Shown piece by piece: positions 18,369 to 26,688 of a DNA stretch of 64,000 nucleotides. A program made the translations under genes and the position numbers. Source of the stretch: a virus (lineage: Duplodnaviria > Caudoviricetes); the IMG/VR virus record IMGVR_UViG_3300032227_000993; one strand, 5' to 3'. The number at the start of each line of letters is the position of its first letter. Position 1 is the stretch's first letter. The notes beneath the pieces are model-generated. The model was given only the letters and a program-made list of their open reading frames with translations. It did no database searches and was not told the origin of the DNA.

Positions 18369-19964
18369 TTATTTGGGGCTGGCTACTAAGCGTACATTTT
18401 GGGCTATATCGCCGCGGTATCCGTGTGTTGATTCCGGGTCATCTGCCCCGGTATTGATGGGTTTGTTTGTGCGCATATTGAATGCGTGTACATTTACAGA
18501 GCGGCCGTAGCGTTGCTCTAAGTCTTGCCATACTCGTTGGCCACCTGGACTTTGATATTTGTCGCTGACTAATGTAAGGCCTTGATTTTTAACTAACCAA
18601 GCATACAAGTCGGCAGCACGGATGGGAGCTTGTGGGCCAGCATAAATTCCAAAGATTTCAAATGCGTGTGGCTTGTTGTGCCCACTGATAGTCATTTGAC
18701 TAATGCGTGTTTTGGGATCGTACACAGAATAAGCAGAATCTTTTTTGTCGTCCCATTTGTAAACTTCGTAAGCTCCTATTCGGCCCACTTTAGTACCAAG
18801 CAGTTTTTGTTCTTTACCTGGCGGCACCGGCTTGCCTCTGTTTACCAATCCCGAGGTGTCTTGATTTTTAGGTTTGATGTTGTTATGATAAATCACTTCG
18901 CTTAACTCTCGTTCTTTATTTACACGAGCCATGTGTTGGGCATAAGTTTCTTGATCTTCTTCTGCGGACAAATCTGGTACATACGCCGGAATAGATTTAA
19001 TTCCTAATTCTCTTGCGGCCACAGCACGATGATTCCCATCAATCACCCATCCGTCATTATCTACTACAATTGGTTTATTTTTAATATCTTGTGCTGTGAT
19101 ATCACGAACATGATCGTAGTCAACGTAACTAATTTGTCCATAAGGACTGCCGTCTTTTTCAAGATGTAAACTACTAACAGGTACAGTAGTCAACTCCCAT
19201 ACAGGATGATTAGTTATTGAAGAATCAATTTTAAACTCACCTTTAGGGTGTATCTTTTTAATGTAAGACAGTATCTGCTTGCTTAACTCTTCGTTAGTCT
19301 TTTTTTTACCCGACTTCATGTTGGCGCACCAATGATACATTTTGGCACGTTCACCTGAACTATTCTTAGCCTTACGGCGTAAGTCTGTTACTGAACCTGA
19401 ACAACTGGCTCCAGCCTTTTTTACTCTACCTGGGCGACTTTTACCTTTAACTTTGCCATCAGCAAAGTTTTCGTCAATGTGTGGTTTTAAAAAAGTGTCA
19501 GCAAACTTTTTACATAACGCTTTGAGTTTAGTATTTTCTGTGATAATAGTAACAAACTTGTCTTGTGTATTTTCTTGCGTGGGATCTTTGTAGCCGCAGT
19601 AAGCAACTTTGACACCTTTGCTGTTTAACAAATCAGCACAGGATTCTTCATAGCGGCTATCCATTCTGTCCGAACATGGACTCAGCGTAGTAACTACAAT
19701 ACTGCCCTTGGGTAGTTCGCCGTACTCCGCTTCGTATTTGTCGACAGCGGCACGTTCTGCGTGTACACGATAGTCGCCATACACGTAGTTTAATCCTGTG
19801 ACCAATCTGCCAGCAGGATCAATCACAGCGGCCGCTACTGAACCATAAAAGTCTGGATTATCTTGTTTACCTTCTAAAATAATTTCGCATAGCTCGACCA
19901 GCACCGCATCTAATTGTTCGTTGCTATACTTTGTTTTAGGAACAGTAAAATCATTTAATATCAT
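18369..19964 (-). CDS. Polyprotein: Zn-deaminase domain, basic Cys module, ParB-like domain, unknown C-terminal domain
   Basis: HAE...TLSPC...C deaminase motif; VIDGNHR ParB/Srx motif. Confidence 0.75.
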   Translation of the reverse strand: MILNDFTVPKTKYSNEQLDAVLVELCEIILEGKQDNPDFYGSVAAAVIDPAGRLVTGLNYVYGDYRVHAERAAVDKYEAEYGELPKGSIVVTTLSPCSDRMDSRYEESCADLLNSKGVKVAYCGYKDPTQENTQDKFVTIITENTKLKALCKKFADTFLKPHIDENFADGKVKGKSRPGRVKKAGASCSGSVTDLRRKAKNSSGERAKMYHWCANMKSGKKKTNEELSKQILSYIKKIHPKGEFKIDSSITNHPVWELTTVPVSSLHLEKDGSPYGQISYVDYDHVRDITAQDIKNKPIVVDNDGWVIDGNHRAVAARELGIKSIPAYVPDLSAEEDQETYAQHMARVNKERELSEVIYHNNIKPKNQDTSGLVNRGKPVPPGKEQKLLGTKVGRIGAYEVYKWDDKKDSAYSVYDPKTRISQMTISGHNKPHAFEIFGIYAGPQAPIRAADLYAWLVKNQGLTLVSDKYQSPGGQRVWQDLEQRYGRSVNVHAFNMRTNKPINTGADDPESTHGYRGDIAQNVRLVASPK

Positions 19965-21337
19965 TCACAATTCCAACGACGGCGTGCCTTGCAAATTGCT
20001 TTATCTGGAGTCTTGGCACAGCTGATACTGTGCATTTTCATTTGGCCTCGACTGCGTGAGCAATAACTCTTGCGACGCTTGCTGGCCTTTGAACCCTTCT
20101 TTAACTTGCTGGGTTTGGTAGTCACAGCCGTCTTCAACTTGCTACCTGGGTGTTCTCTGCGATAAGAATTAACAGCCTTTTGACTCATGCCATCTGTCTT
20201 GTCTTTCTTGTTGGCCTTTTGCCAATCTTCCATGACAGGTTGTGTGACAGCAAACACATACAATTCATCATCAGTTAGGCTTTCTAAATCTTCCCAAATT
20301 ACATCTGCGTCTACTTGATTGCGTACGGCCAGTGTGTTAATAATTGATTCGATAAGATCAAACTCTTCGGTCATAGCGTCTACTATGCCATTTTCGTGTT
20401 GGCTAACCATGTAGTCCATGACTGCCACCACCATGCCTTTGGCCTGTGATATTTTGGCTTGACACCACTCAGGTAAATTTTCGTTATCGTAAATGGCTTT
20501 TTCTAAATGTGTGCTGACCCGTTGTATTGTTTGCAGATCGTTTTTAAACATACCTGCTTCGTCGTTGTATTCAGCATTATCAATATCTTCGCCAAATCTA
20601 GCACGATAGCTGTTGGGATCCATACTGGATTTACTACCAATAACTTTGTGTCCTTCGCCGGCAAGCAACATATCGTACATCATTTTAATAATTACCAAAG
20701 GACTATTTAATTGATCTACCCGATCATAAAAGAAAGCAATTTTTTCAGGTTTCATTCGCTTAACTGGCTTGCCCTTGATTAATTCTTTGGCCCGGGCTTT
20801 TAGTGTAGGCAAATCACGAATGCGCTCTAAACTTTTTAGGTCAGCAGGTGTAAAATTATCATGTTCACCATTTATTTCTGTGCTTTCATTTTTGGCAGTC
20901 TTGGCAGCATCTTTCCAGGCCTGTGCTGTAGGTGCTTTAGGGCTGTCAGCATCTCTGCTGGTGCCGGCCTTTTTGCGTTTGTTCACGTTGTAATACAATC
21001 CGTGCTTGGCCTCTTCTTCTACACTTTCGTTAGGCACACAGTTACGCACTTGTTTGCCTGTGGTAGCACTTTTCTTTGTACCTGCCGCATGATAGCCTGA
21101 CCAGCATTTGGTAACGCCATTTGAATCCTTGGCACCTTTTTTGATCTCCATAATGCTACCATGTGTTTGACACTTGCCACAGTCGGGGCAAGTCATTTCC
21201 ATTACAGACATACTTTCATTGGTTTTTTTCTTGCCAGCACAGTGAGCCTTTTGACTAAAACCTTTGGGATGTGAGCAGTTGATACTCTTCTTGTACTTGC
21301 GACTCCATTCTTCATTTAGAATTTCATTAATTTGCAT
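19961..21337 (-). CDS. Polyprotein of small Lys/Cys-rich modules
   Basis: INCSHPKGFSQKAHC, CPDCGKC, KCWSGY...RNCV, and a C-terminal RRKSYCSR...ARRRWNC module. Confidence 0.75.
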   Translation of the reverse strand: MQINEILNEEWSRKYKKSINCSHPKGFSQKAHCAGKKKTNESMSVMEMTCPDCGKCQTHGSIMEIKKGAKDSNGVTKCWSGYHAAGTKKSATTGKQVRNCVPNESVEEEAKHGLYYNVNKRKKAGTSRDADSPKAPTAQAWKDAAKTAKNESTEINGEHDNFTPADLKSLERIRDLPTLKARAKELIKGKPVKRMKPEKIAFFYDRVDQLNSPLVIIKMMYDMLLAGEGHKVIGSKSSMDPNSYRARFGEDIDNAEYNDEAGMFKNDLQTIQRVSTHLEKAIYDNENLPEWCQAKISQAKGMVVAVMDYMVSQHENGIVDAMTEEFDLIESIINTLAVRNQVDADVIWEDLESLTDDELYVFAVTQPVMEDWQKANKKDKTDGMSQKAVNSYRREHPGSKLKTAVTTKPSKLKKGSKASKRRKSYCSRSRGQMKMHSISCAKTPDKAICKARRRWNCE

Positions 21338-23225
21338 TTTTAAACTCCTGGTATTCTTTCATCATACGCTTTACAACACCATCGGCACGTAGCTCTTGTG
21401 GGCGGCCTTGGCTGTCTGTATTTAACAATAATTTGTTGGCATTTTTTCCTGTGGCACCTGGGCGTACATCCACAGTAAGTGCCATTTCAAAACGTGGATC
21501 GTCGGCTTGTGCGGCGGTAGGAATGTAGCCCGAAGCTTCGTTTAATTTGGTTTCCATCACCGGCATTTTTTTAATATCTATCTTTGATTCGGAATATTTT
21601 ATTTTAAGCACTAATTTAAAATCTTCAAAATCTTTTTGCGAAGCAAATAAAAGTTGATTATTTTTTGAATAGTTATGCGTACCACTATCAATTTTAAGTA
21701 TGTAATGTGTATTTGTTTCGCCAATATATTCGGCAATACCGTAAAAAATAATAATATCGCTAGCGGTTTGATTGGGCATTGCTAAAATACATTTATTATA
21801 TTTTTTAGGTTCTGGTAAATCTTTTTTGTAGTTGTTTAACCATGTATTAAAATCTGTTGACTCTTTAGGATTTGTTGATTCAAACATTTTAGCGGGCCAT
21901 AAATCATCACTTCTTATGCTAAACCCAATTTCATTCCACGGATTTTGCGCGGCTTCGTTTAAATCTACACTTGAAAACAATTCTGGATGAGCATGACCAT
22001 ATTCACGCATCAAGATACCAGCTCTAGCATTTGCTTCGTTTTCCCAGGCACTACCAGTGTCGCCTGCGTGGCCTGGAACATCTTCACGCTCGTGTTGGTG
22101 TTGATGAGTAAGTTCATGAGCAACCGTGCGAAGAATATCCATAAGATGGCGATTGGCCAAACTCACTTCTAATTGATTGGTTTCAGAATTGTAACGACCA
22201 AATGTTTTAGCACGTTTAGACCATTCTGGATCACGTTTGATACGCAAGTCTGGTGTGCGTTCTAATCCAAGTTGATCAACACAGAACTGTACAAAATCTT
22301 GAAGCGTATCCTCTTTACTAGTAGGCTCTGCGTCTTCGTTGGCAAATTCACAGGTGCTGGCGTTGGTACCGTCGGGCGTAATTCCAACTTCGTCTAGGTG
22401 TTCTTCGTTGGCAAACATACAAGTACTGGCGCTAACGCCATCGGGTGTTACTCCTACTTCATCTAGATAATCTTCGCCATAGCCGTAATTGACAACGTTA
22501 CGAGTCTTGAGTCTTTCTTTAAGACTTAATTCAGCATCATGCATTTCGTTGCGAGCTTTGAATAATTTTTCTAACAAGCCGTTGTGTCTTAACATTTTGA
22601 AAACCAAGTTTTCAACACTGAACTCGCCTGCTGTGTGCAGGCCTGACTTGCGCATTTGTCCAATGCGTTGAATTAGATCTTTGATAGAACCAAGATCTCC
22701 TGAAGCAACGGTTTGTTTAATGCGGTCTGCGTAATCTTCAAACTTGCTAGTAACACTGATATCATTGGTTTCAGATTTATGACGTTTGGGAATTTCTATC
22801 CACTTGTTGTGTAGTACGCTGTAAATGCCTTGACTAACGTGCGGTTCATTGGCATCCTGTACATACAGTTCAACTGGGGTTCCGCCAATGGTAATTTTAT
22901 GTTGTGTATTGTATTGAAACTTTTTAGCATTAAATAATTCACGATACACATCAATGTTGTAGGTTGGAAAATTTATTACCAAGTGCAAATCAATGTCGCT
23001 TTCTGGTGTATAGGTGTACGCTGCGTTTGAGCCAGAAATAGTAATGTCTACAAGATCTAAATCAGCCACACCCAGTGATGTTTTAAAATCATCTGCTATT
23101 GCCAATAATGCGTCGTGTACATCTGGGCGTAGTTGTTCGTGTTTATCCCAAAGTCTAGGGTTTAATTTTGTATTAAATTTTACAGCATCGGCTAAATTGA
23201 AGTTTTCAAGCTCAAAAATATTCAT
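21327..23225 (-). CDS. Polyprotein: Pol-beta-type nucleotidyltransferase, HExxH metallopeptidase-like domain, further modules
   Basis: SGSNAAYTYTPESDIDLHL (GS..DxD) with VELYVQD; VAHELTH. Confidence 0.75.
   Translation of the reverse strand: MNIFELENFNLADAVKFNTKLNPRLWDKHEQLRPDVHDALLAIADDFKTSLGVADLDLVDITISGSNAAYTYTPESDIDLHLVINFPTYNIDVYRELFNAKKFQYNTQHKITIGGTPVELYVQDANEPHVSQGIYSVLHNKWIEIPKRHKSETNDISVTSKFEDYADRIKQTVASGDLGSIKDLIQRIGQMRKSGLHTAGEFSVENLVFKMLRHNGLLEKLFKARNEMHDAELSLKERLKTRNVVNYGYGEDYLDEVGVTPDGVSASTCMFANEEHLDEVGITPDGTNASTCEFANEDAEPTSKEDTLQDFVQFCVDQLGLERTPDLRIKRDPEWSKRAKTFGRYNSETNQLEVSLANRHLMDILRTVAHELTHQHQHEREDVPGHAGDTGSAWENEANARAGILMREYGHAHPELFSSVDLNEAAQNPWNEIGFSIRSDDLWPAKMFESTNPKESTDFNTWLNNYKKDLPEPKKYNKCILAMPNQTASDIIIFYGIAEYIGETNTHYILKIDSGTHNYSKNNQLLFASQKDFEDFKLVLKIKYSESKIDIKKMPVMETKLNEASGYIPTAAQADDPRFEMALTVDVRPGATGKNANKLLLNTDSQGRPQELRADGVVKRMMKEYQEFKNAN
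22333..22466 (-). repeat. Two in-frame 69-nt (23-aa) tandem units
   Basis: LDEVGVTPDGVSASTCMFANEEH / LDEVGITPDGTNASTCEFANED. Confidence 0.85.
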
Positions 23226-23242
23226 AGTATACTATTTACCGT

Positions 23243-23281
23243 AAAAAACAAAAGCCGCTTACATTGCTGTAGCGGCTTTTG
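23243..23281 (-). terminator. Intrinsic terminator
   Basis: AAAAGCCGCT...AGCGGCTTTT stem followed on - strand by GTTTTTT. Confidence 0.85.
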
Positions 23282-23310
23282 CCCGTTTATTACTACCTTA
23301 AAGGCAGTGA

Positions 23311-24243
23311 TTACTTCTTCTTTTTCTTGCTTGCTGTTACAACCTGTGCTTTAGGAGCAGCTGGTGCTGGAGCAGGTACATCAACTGGGGCTGCAATACC
23401 TGTAGCTGGAACTGCTGCTACAGCCTGTTGAGCACTGGCATTACTCAATGCTAGGGCGTGTAGATCTTTGTACAGTTGATCTTGTGCCGCAAAGTCAAAC
23501 ACGTATGTGCCTGTGTGCTTGAGCAAAACACGTTTGTCCACCCAAATCTTACCACCTAGATCACGCCAGTTTTCACAGAATGTCCAATCTTCTGAATAGT
23601 AACGGTTCTCACGTACCGCTGTATCAAAGTAGGTCTTCATGTAAACATTCAACTCTGGTGGGAGACCAATGTCTGAGTTAAAAGGCTTAACTGCTGGATG
23701 GGCATTTAACTTCTCAAACACATGACGCTTCATTAACAAGAAGCCTGTGCCTGTTTTAGTTACTTCTTGTAGGCCATCTGGACCTTCTTCTGCGCCGTCA
23801 AAGCCGTTGACGCACCATTTAACTGGTAAGGATTTCATGGGATACAATCCACCAATCACATCCACGTCACGATTCAACATGACCAACAGGTGCCATGGTT
23901 CCCAACCAATATCGGCGTCAATAAACATCAAGTGTGTTGAGTCTGGATTTGAGAGGAACTTGGCTGTAAGTGTGTTACGAGCACGTGAAATCAATGACTC
24001 GTTTGTCATGGTTTCCATGGTCCAATCAATGCCCAATTGACGGGCAGTATTGGCCCATTTGATGTAACTCATAAATGTTGATTCAGTTAACATCCCACCA
24101 TAACAAGGCATGCAAATGTGCACGCGGGTAGTTTTTAAGAAATCAATGTTGACTTGTACTTGACCTTGCTGTGGAGCAGCAGGAGTTTCTGCTGTAGGAG
24201 TTGCTTGTGCTACTGCTGTTGCTGCTGCTTGTTGTTCTGACAT
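23311..24243 (-). CDS. GT-A fold glycosyltransferase-like protein with Ala/Pro-rich termini
   Basis: ICMPCYGG, ESLISRARN, LMFIDADIGW (DxD), GTGFLL, SEDWTFC. Confidence 0.75.
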   Translation of the reverse strand: MSEQQAAATAVAQATPTAETPAAPQQGQVQVNIDFLKTTRVHICMPCYGGMLTESTFMSYIKWANTARQLGIDWTMETMTNESLISRARNTLTAKFLSNPDSTHLMFIDADIGWEPWHLLVMLNRDVDVIGGLYPMKSLPVKWCVNGFDGAEEGPDGLQEVTKTGTGFLLMKRHVFEKLNAHPAVKPFNSDIGLPPELNVYMKTYFDTAVRENRYYSEDWTFCENWRDLGGKIWVDKRVLLKHTGTYVFDFAAQDQLYKDLHALALSNASAQQAVAAVPATGIAAPVDVPAPAPAAPKAQVVTASKKKKK

Positions 24244-24275
24244 AAGTTCCTCTTTTAAAATATGTCAGATATTTA
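24236..24275 (-). promoter_or_regulatory. Late box followed by a hairpin covering the start codon
   Basis: TAAATA-TCTGACATA-loop containing AGAGGA-TATGTCAGA; perfect 9-bp stem that includes the ATG. Confidence 0.7.
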
Positions 24276-24314
24276 AGTCAGTACGTCTAGGCCGGCAAAA
24301 TTTCTAGCCCCTGT

Positions 24315-25136
24315 TTAAATGCGACTAGGAGGCCAGTAGGATTCAGTTTTGTCTTTTTCGTTAATGTAGTTGGGAGCTAAATCTTCGTCAAATACAGCAT
24401 AGCTGTTTACAGCACGAGCTTCTAGGACCTGTATTGATTCTAGCATTTTAGCCAACTTTTCTTTGTGCTCGCGCTTTACTGGAGCAGGAGTGTCCATTAC
24501 ATTAGCGTCTAATGGTTTTTGTTTGTACACAAAATCTTTGGCTTGTTGAGCTGGAAGTAATCTAGCATCAAAAATATCTTTTAAATTGTCATCAGGTTCA
24601 CCGTACAAATCTGTAATAATTTGCTCACGGTCAGCGTTGTTGCCAGCTGTGTACATTTTACGGATTTCTGTAGCAGAATTAGCATCCTTACCTTTGACTT
24701 TGAAGTTGACTGTAGGAGTTACCATCACATAAGCGTGTTTGGTCATTGGCTTTACACCTTTACCATCAGCTGGGTATGGTTGCATGTAACTTGGAGTGCC
24801 ATCTTTTTTAACTCCAAATTTAAATCTAGCATCCTCACCCATGTCTTTTTGAGATACAGCAAAAATTAATACTGTATTTTCTGGATCAGCAATATCTTTG
24901 GTAATTTCTTGTGCCTGATATGGATTTCTAACTTGAACAACGCGACTGCTAGGAATACCAGTTTTTGTTATCATAGCAAGTTTGTCACCAAAACTAAATG
25001 GACTTGTTACCGGTGCCTGTACTGCAGATGTGGCAATGTAAACATCATCAAACTGACTGATCAGCTGATCATAACTGGCCTTGTGGCCTTGGTGAAATGG
25101 TTGAAATCTTCCGGGATATATTACAACTGTGCGCAT
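24315..25136 (-). CDS. Cytidyltransferase-like (HxGH) nucleotidyltransferase
   Basis: YPGRFQPFHQGH and SATEIR. Confidence 0.8.
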   Translation of the reverse strand: MRTVVIYPGRFQPFHQGHKASYDQLISQFDDVYIATSAVQAPVTSPFSFGDKLAMITKTGIPSSRVVQVRNPYQAQEITKDIADPENTVLIFAVSQKDMGEDARFKFGVKKDGTPSYMQPYPADGKGVKPMTKHAYVMVTPTVNFKVKGKDANSATEIRKMYTAGNNADREQIITDLYGEPDDNLKDIFDARLLPAQQAKDFVYKQKPLDANVMDTPAPVKREHKEKLAKMLESIQVLEARAVNSYAVFDEDLAPNYINEKDKTESYWPPSRI

Positions 25137-25149
25137 TTTAATATTTATG

Positions 25150-25587
25150 CTACATTACTTCTAGAAGCCAGAGATAAGTTGGGGTAACATAATCCAGCGC
25201 AACTGTGCCATTGCAGCCCATTATGCCATAAAACTTGGTTGCTATTTGTGATTGTGTGCCATTGAAATCATGAGAATAAACAGCATGATCTACAAATACT
25301 TGATTTAATTCTATGTCATCAAATGCCACATGATCAATGGTGATCGCAGCATCTTTTATGATTGTACCGTTGGCATCAAGTTTTGTATGCTCTGCGATTT
25401 TGCCCTTCATCACAAAACGCAATTCATGGTGGGCTTCATCTTCTTCTAGATCAAAGGCAAGTGGCATGGACTCGTGAGTGATATGATCTGCGTCAAACAA
25501 CAGCTGATTATCGATCCATATTTCTAAACCTAGTTTGGCGGTAGGATCAGTTGTACCGACTGTACACGATAATTGATATTTGGACAT
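25150..25587 (-). CDS. Hypothetical protein
   Basis: 145-aa ORF in operon context. Confidence 0.7.
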   Translation of the reverse strand: MSKYQLSCTVGTTDPTAKLGLEIWIDNQLLFDADHITHESMPLAFDLEEDEAHHELRFVMKGKIAEHTKLDANGTIIKDAAITIDHVAFDDIELNQVFVDHAVYSHDFNGTQSQIATKFYGIMGCNGTVALDYVTPTYLWLLEVM

Positions 25588-25596
25588 TGTGATTTT

Positions 25597-25965
25597 TTAA
25601 AATACTACAGTGGCAGAATTGATGGTACCAGCAGTAAATTCAGTCACAGCGGCCCGAAGCCAAACAAAATTACCTACCAGGTTAACTGCTACAGTATCAG
25701 TGGTTGGTACAGAAGCATTACCATAATCAGCAATGTCAAACCAAGCAGCTTGTTCGTACAAACTTTCCAAGCTGCCTTGGAATTTGATTACACCAGTAAA
25801 TCCTGTTGTTTCAATTATTGCTGTTTGTATGCTACCTTGTCCGCCATAGTAATTTGCTGCTGGAATAGCATTGCCAATAAAAGCACTAGATGTGCCATCG
25901 TAATTACCCGACGGTGTTCCATAAGTTGTCAGCGGTAAAAATGTTTCTGTAGTTAATGTTGCCAT
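25597..25965 (-). CDS. Hypothetical beta-rich protein, possibly virion
   Basis: 122-aa ORF with TAAATA 7 nt before its ATG. Confidence 0.65.
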   Translation of the reverse strand: MATLTTETFLPLTTYGTPSGNYDGTSSAFIGNAIPAANYYGGQGSIQTAIIETTGFTGVIKFQGSLESLYEQAAWFDIADYGNASVPTTDTVAVNLVGNFVWLRAAVTEFTAGTINSATVVF

Positions 25966-25971
25966 AGTCTA

Positions 25972-26688
25972 TTATTTAGCTGGAATAATACTAAGAGTTT
26001 TTCTTAATAAACCGGGTCTAATTAGGGACAGCATTACCAGTAAACTTTCCCCGGTGTGATCAATAAAAAAATAATCTTGTGTTCTGTAAAGTTCTCGACC
26101 AAGCCAATATGTAACTGATGGGCTTAACCGTATGTCTGTTTGATTGATAAAAAACTTATTGATATTGTGCTTTTCTTCTGGTGTTAGTTTAAGTATTTTA
26201 AAATAACTCCTGTGTGTATGACGGGGATTTTTTAATTTGACAGTATCTTTGGGACGATTAACCACCGCTTCTGTGTAGGTTTTGTATTTGAGTTCGTGAT
26301 CAAGTGATAGCGTTTCTATCAATGATACATGGTTAGTGTAGACCCACGCATGATCCACGCTGGTTACTAATTTAAATTCGACGTCTGACTTTATCAATTG
26401 ATCTGCCAACTGATGTAAATTCAGCACAGCCACATCTGTAATATCTCGCATACGTTTGGCCACAATAGTGGCCAGTTTGCTTCCTGTTCTCTGTGCTTTA
26501 TTACTGAGCAAGCGTTGATGACTAATTTCGCGCCAATACCTACGGCGTTCAATCATGGTATCTATGTATTCATGATTAACTTGTTTTAGACAGCTTACTT
26601 CTTCCAGCATAAACGATATGCAATATCGCCACCGGTTGTAAAATAAACTGTCCTTGACAACAGGATTAAATTGTAGGGTCGATGCCAT
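25972..26688 (-). CDS. Hypothetical protein
   Basis: 238-aa ORF overlapping the end of clpA. Confidence 0.7.
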   Translation of the reverse strand: MASTLQFNPVVKDSLFYNRWRYCISFMLEEVSCLKQVNHEYIDTMIERRRYWREISHQRLLSNKAQRTGSKLATIVAKRMRDITDVAVLNLHQLADQLIKSDVEFKLVTSVDHAWVYTNHVSLIETLSLDHELKYKTYTEAVVNRPKDTVKLKNPRHTHRSYFKILKLTPEEKHNINKFFINQTDIRLSPSVTYWLGRELYRTQDYFFIDHTGESLLVMLSLIRPGLLRKTLSIIPAK

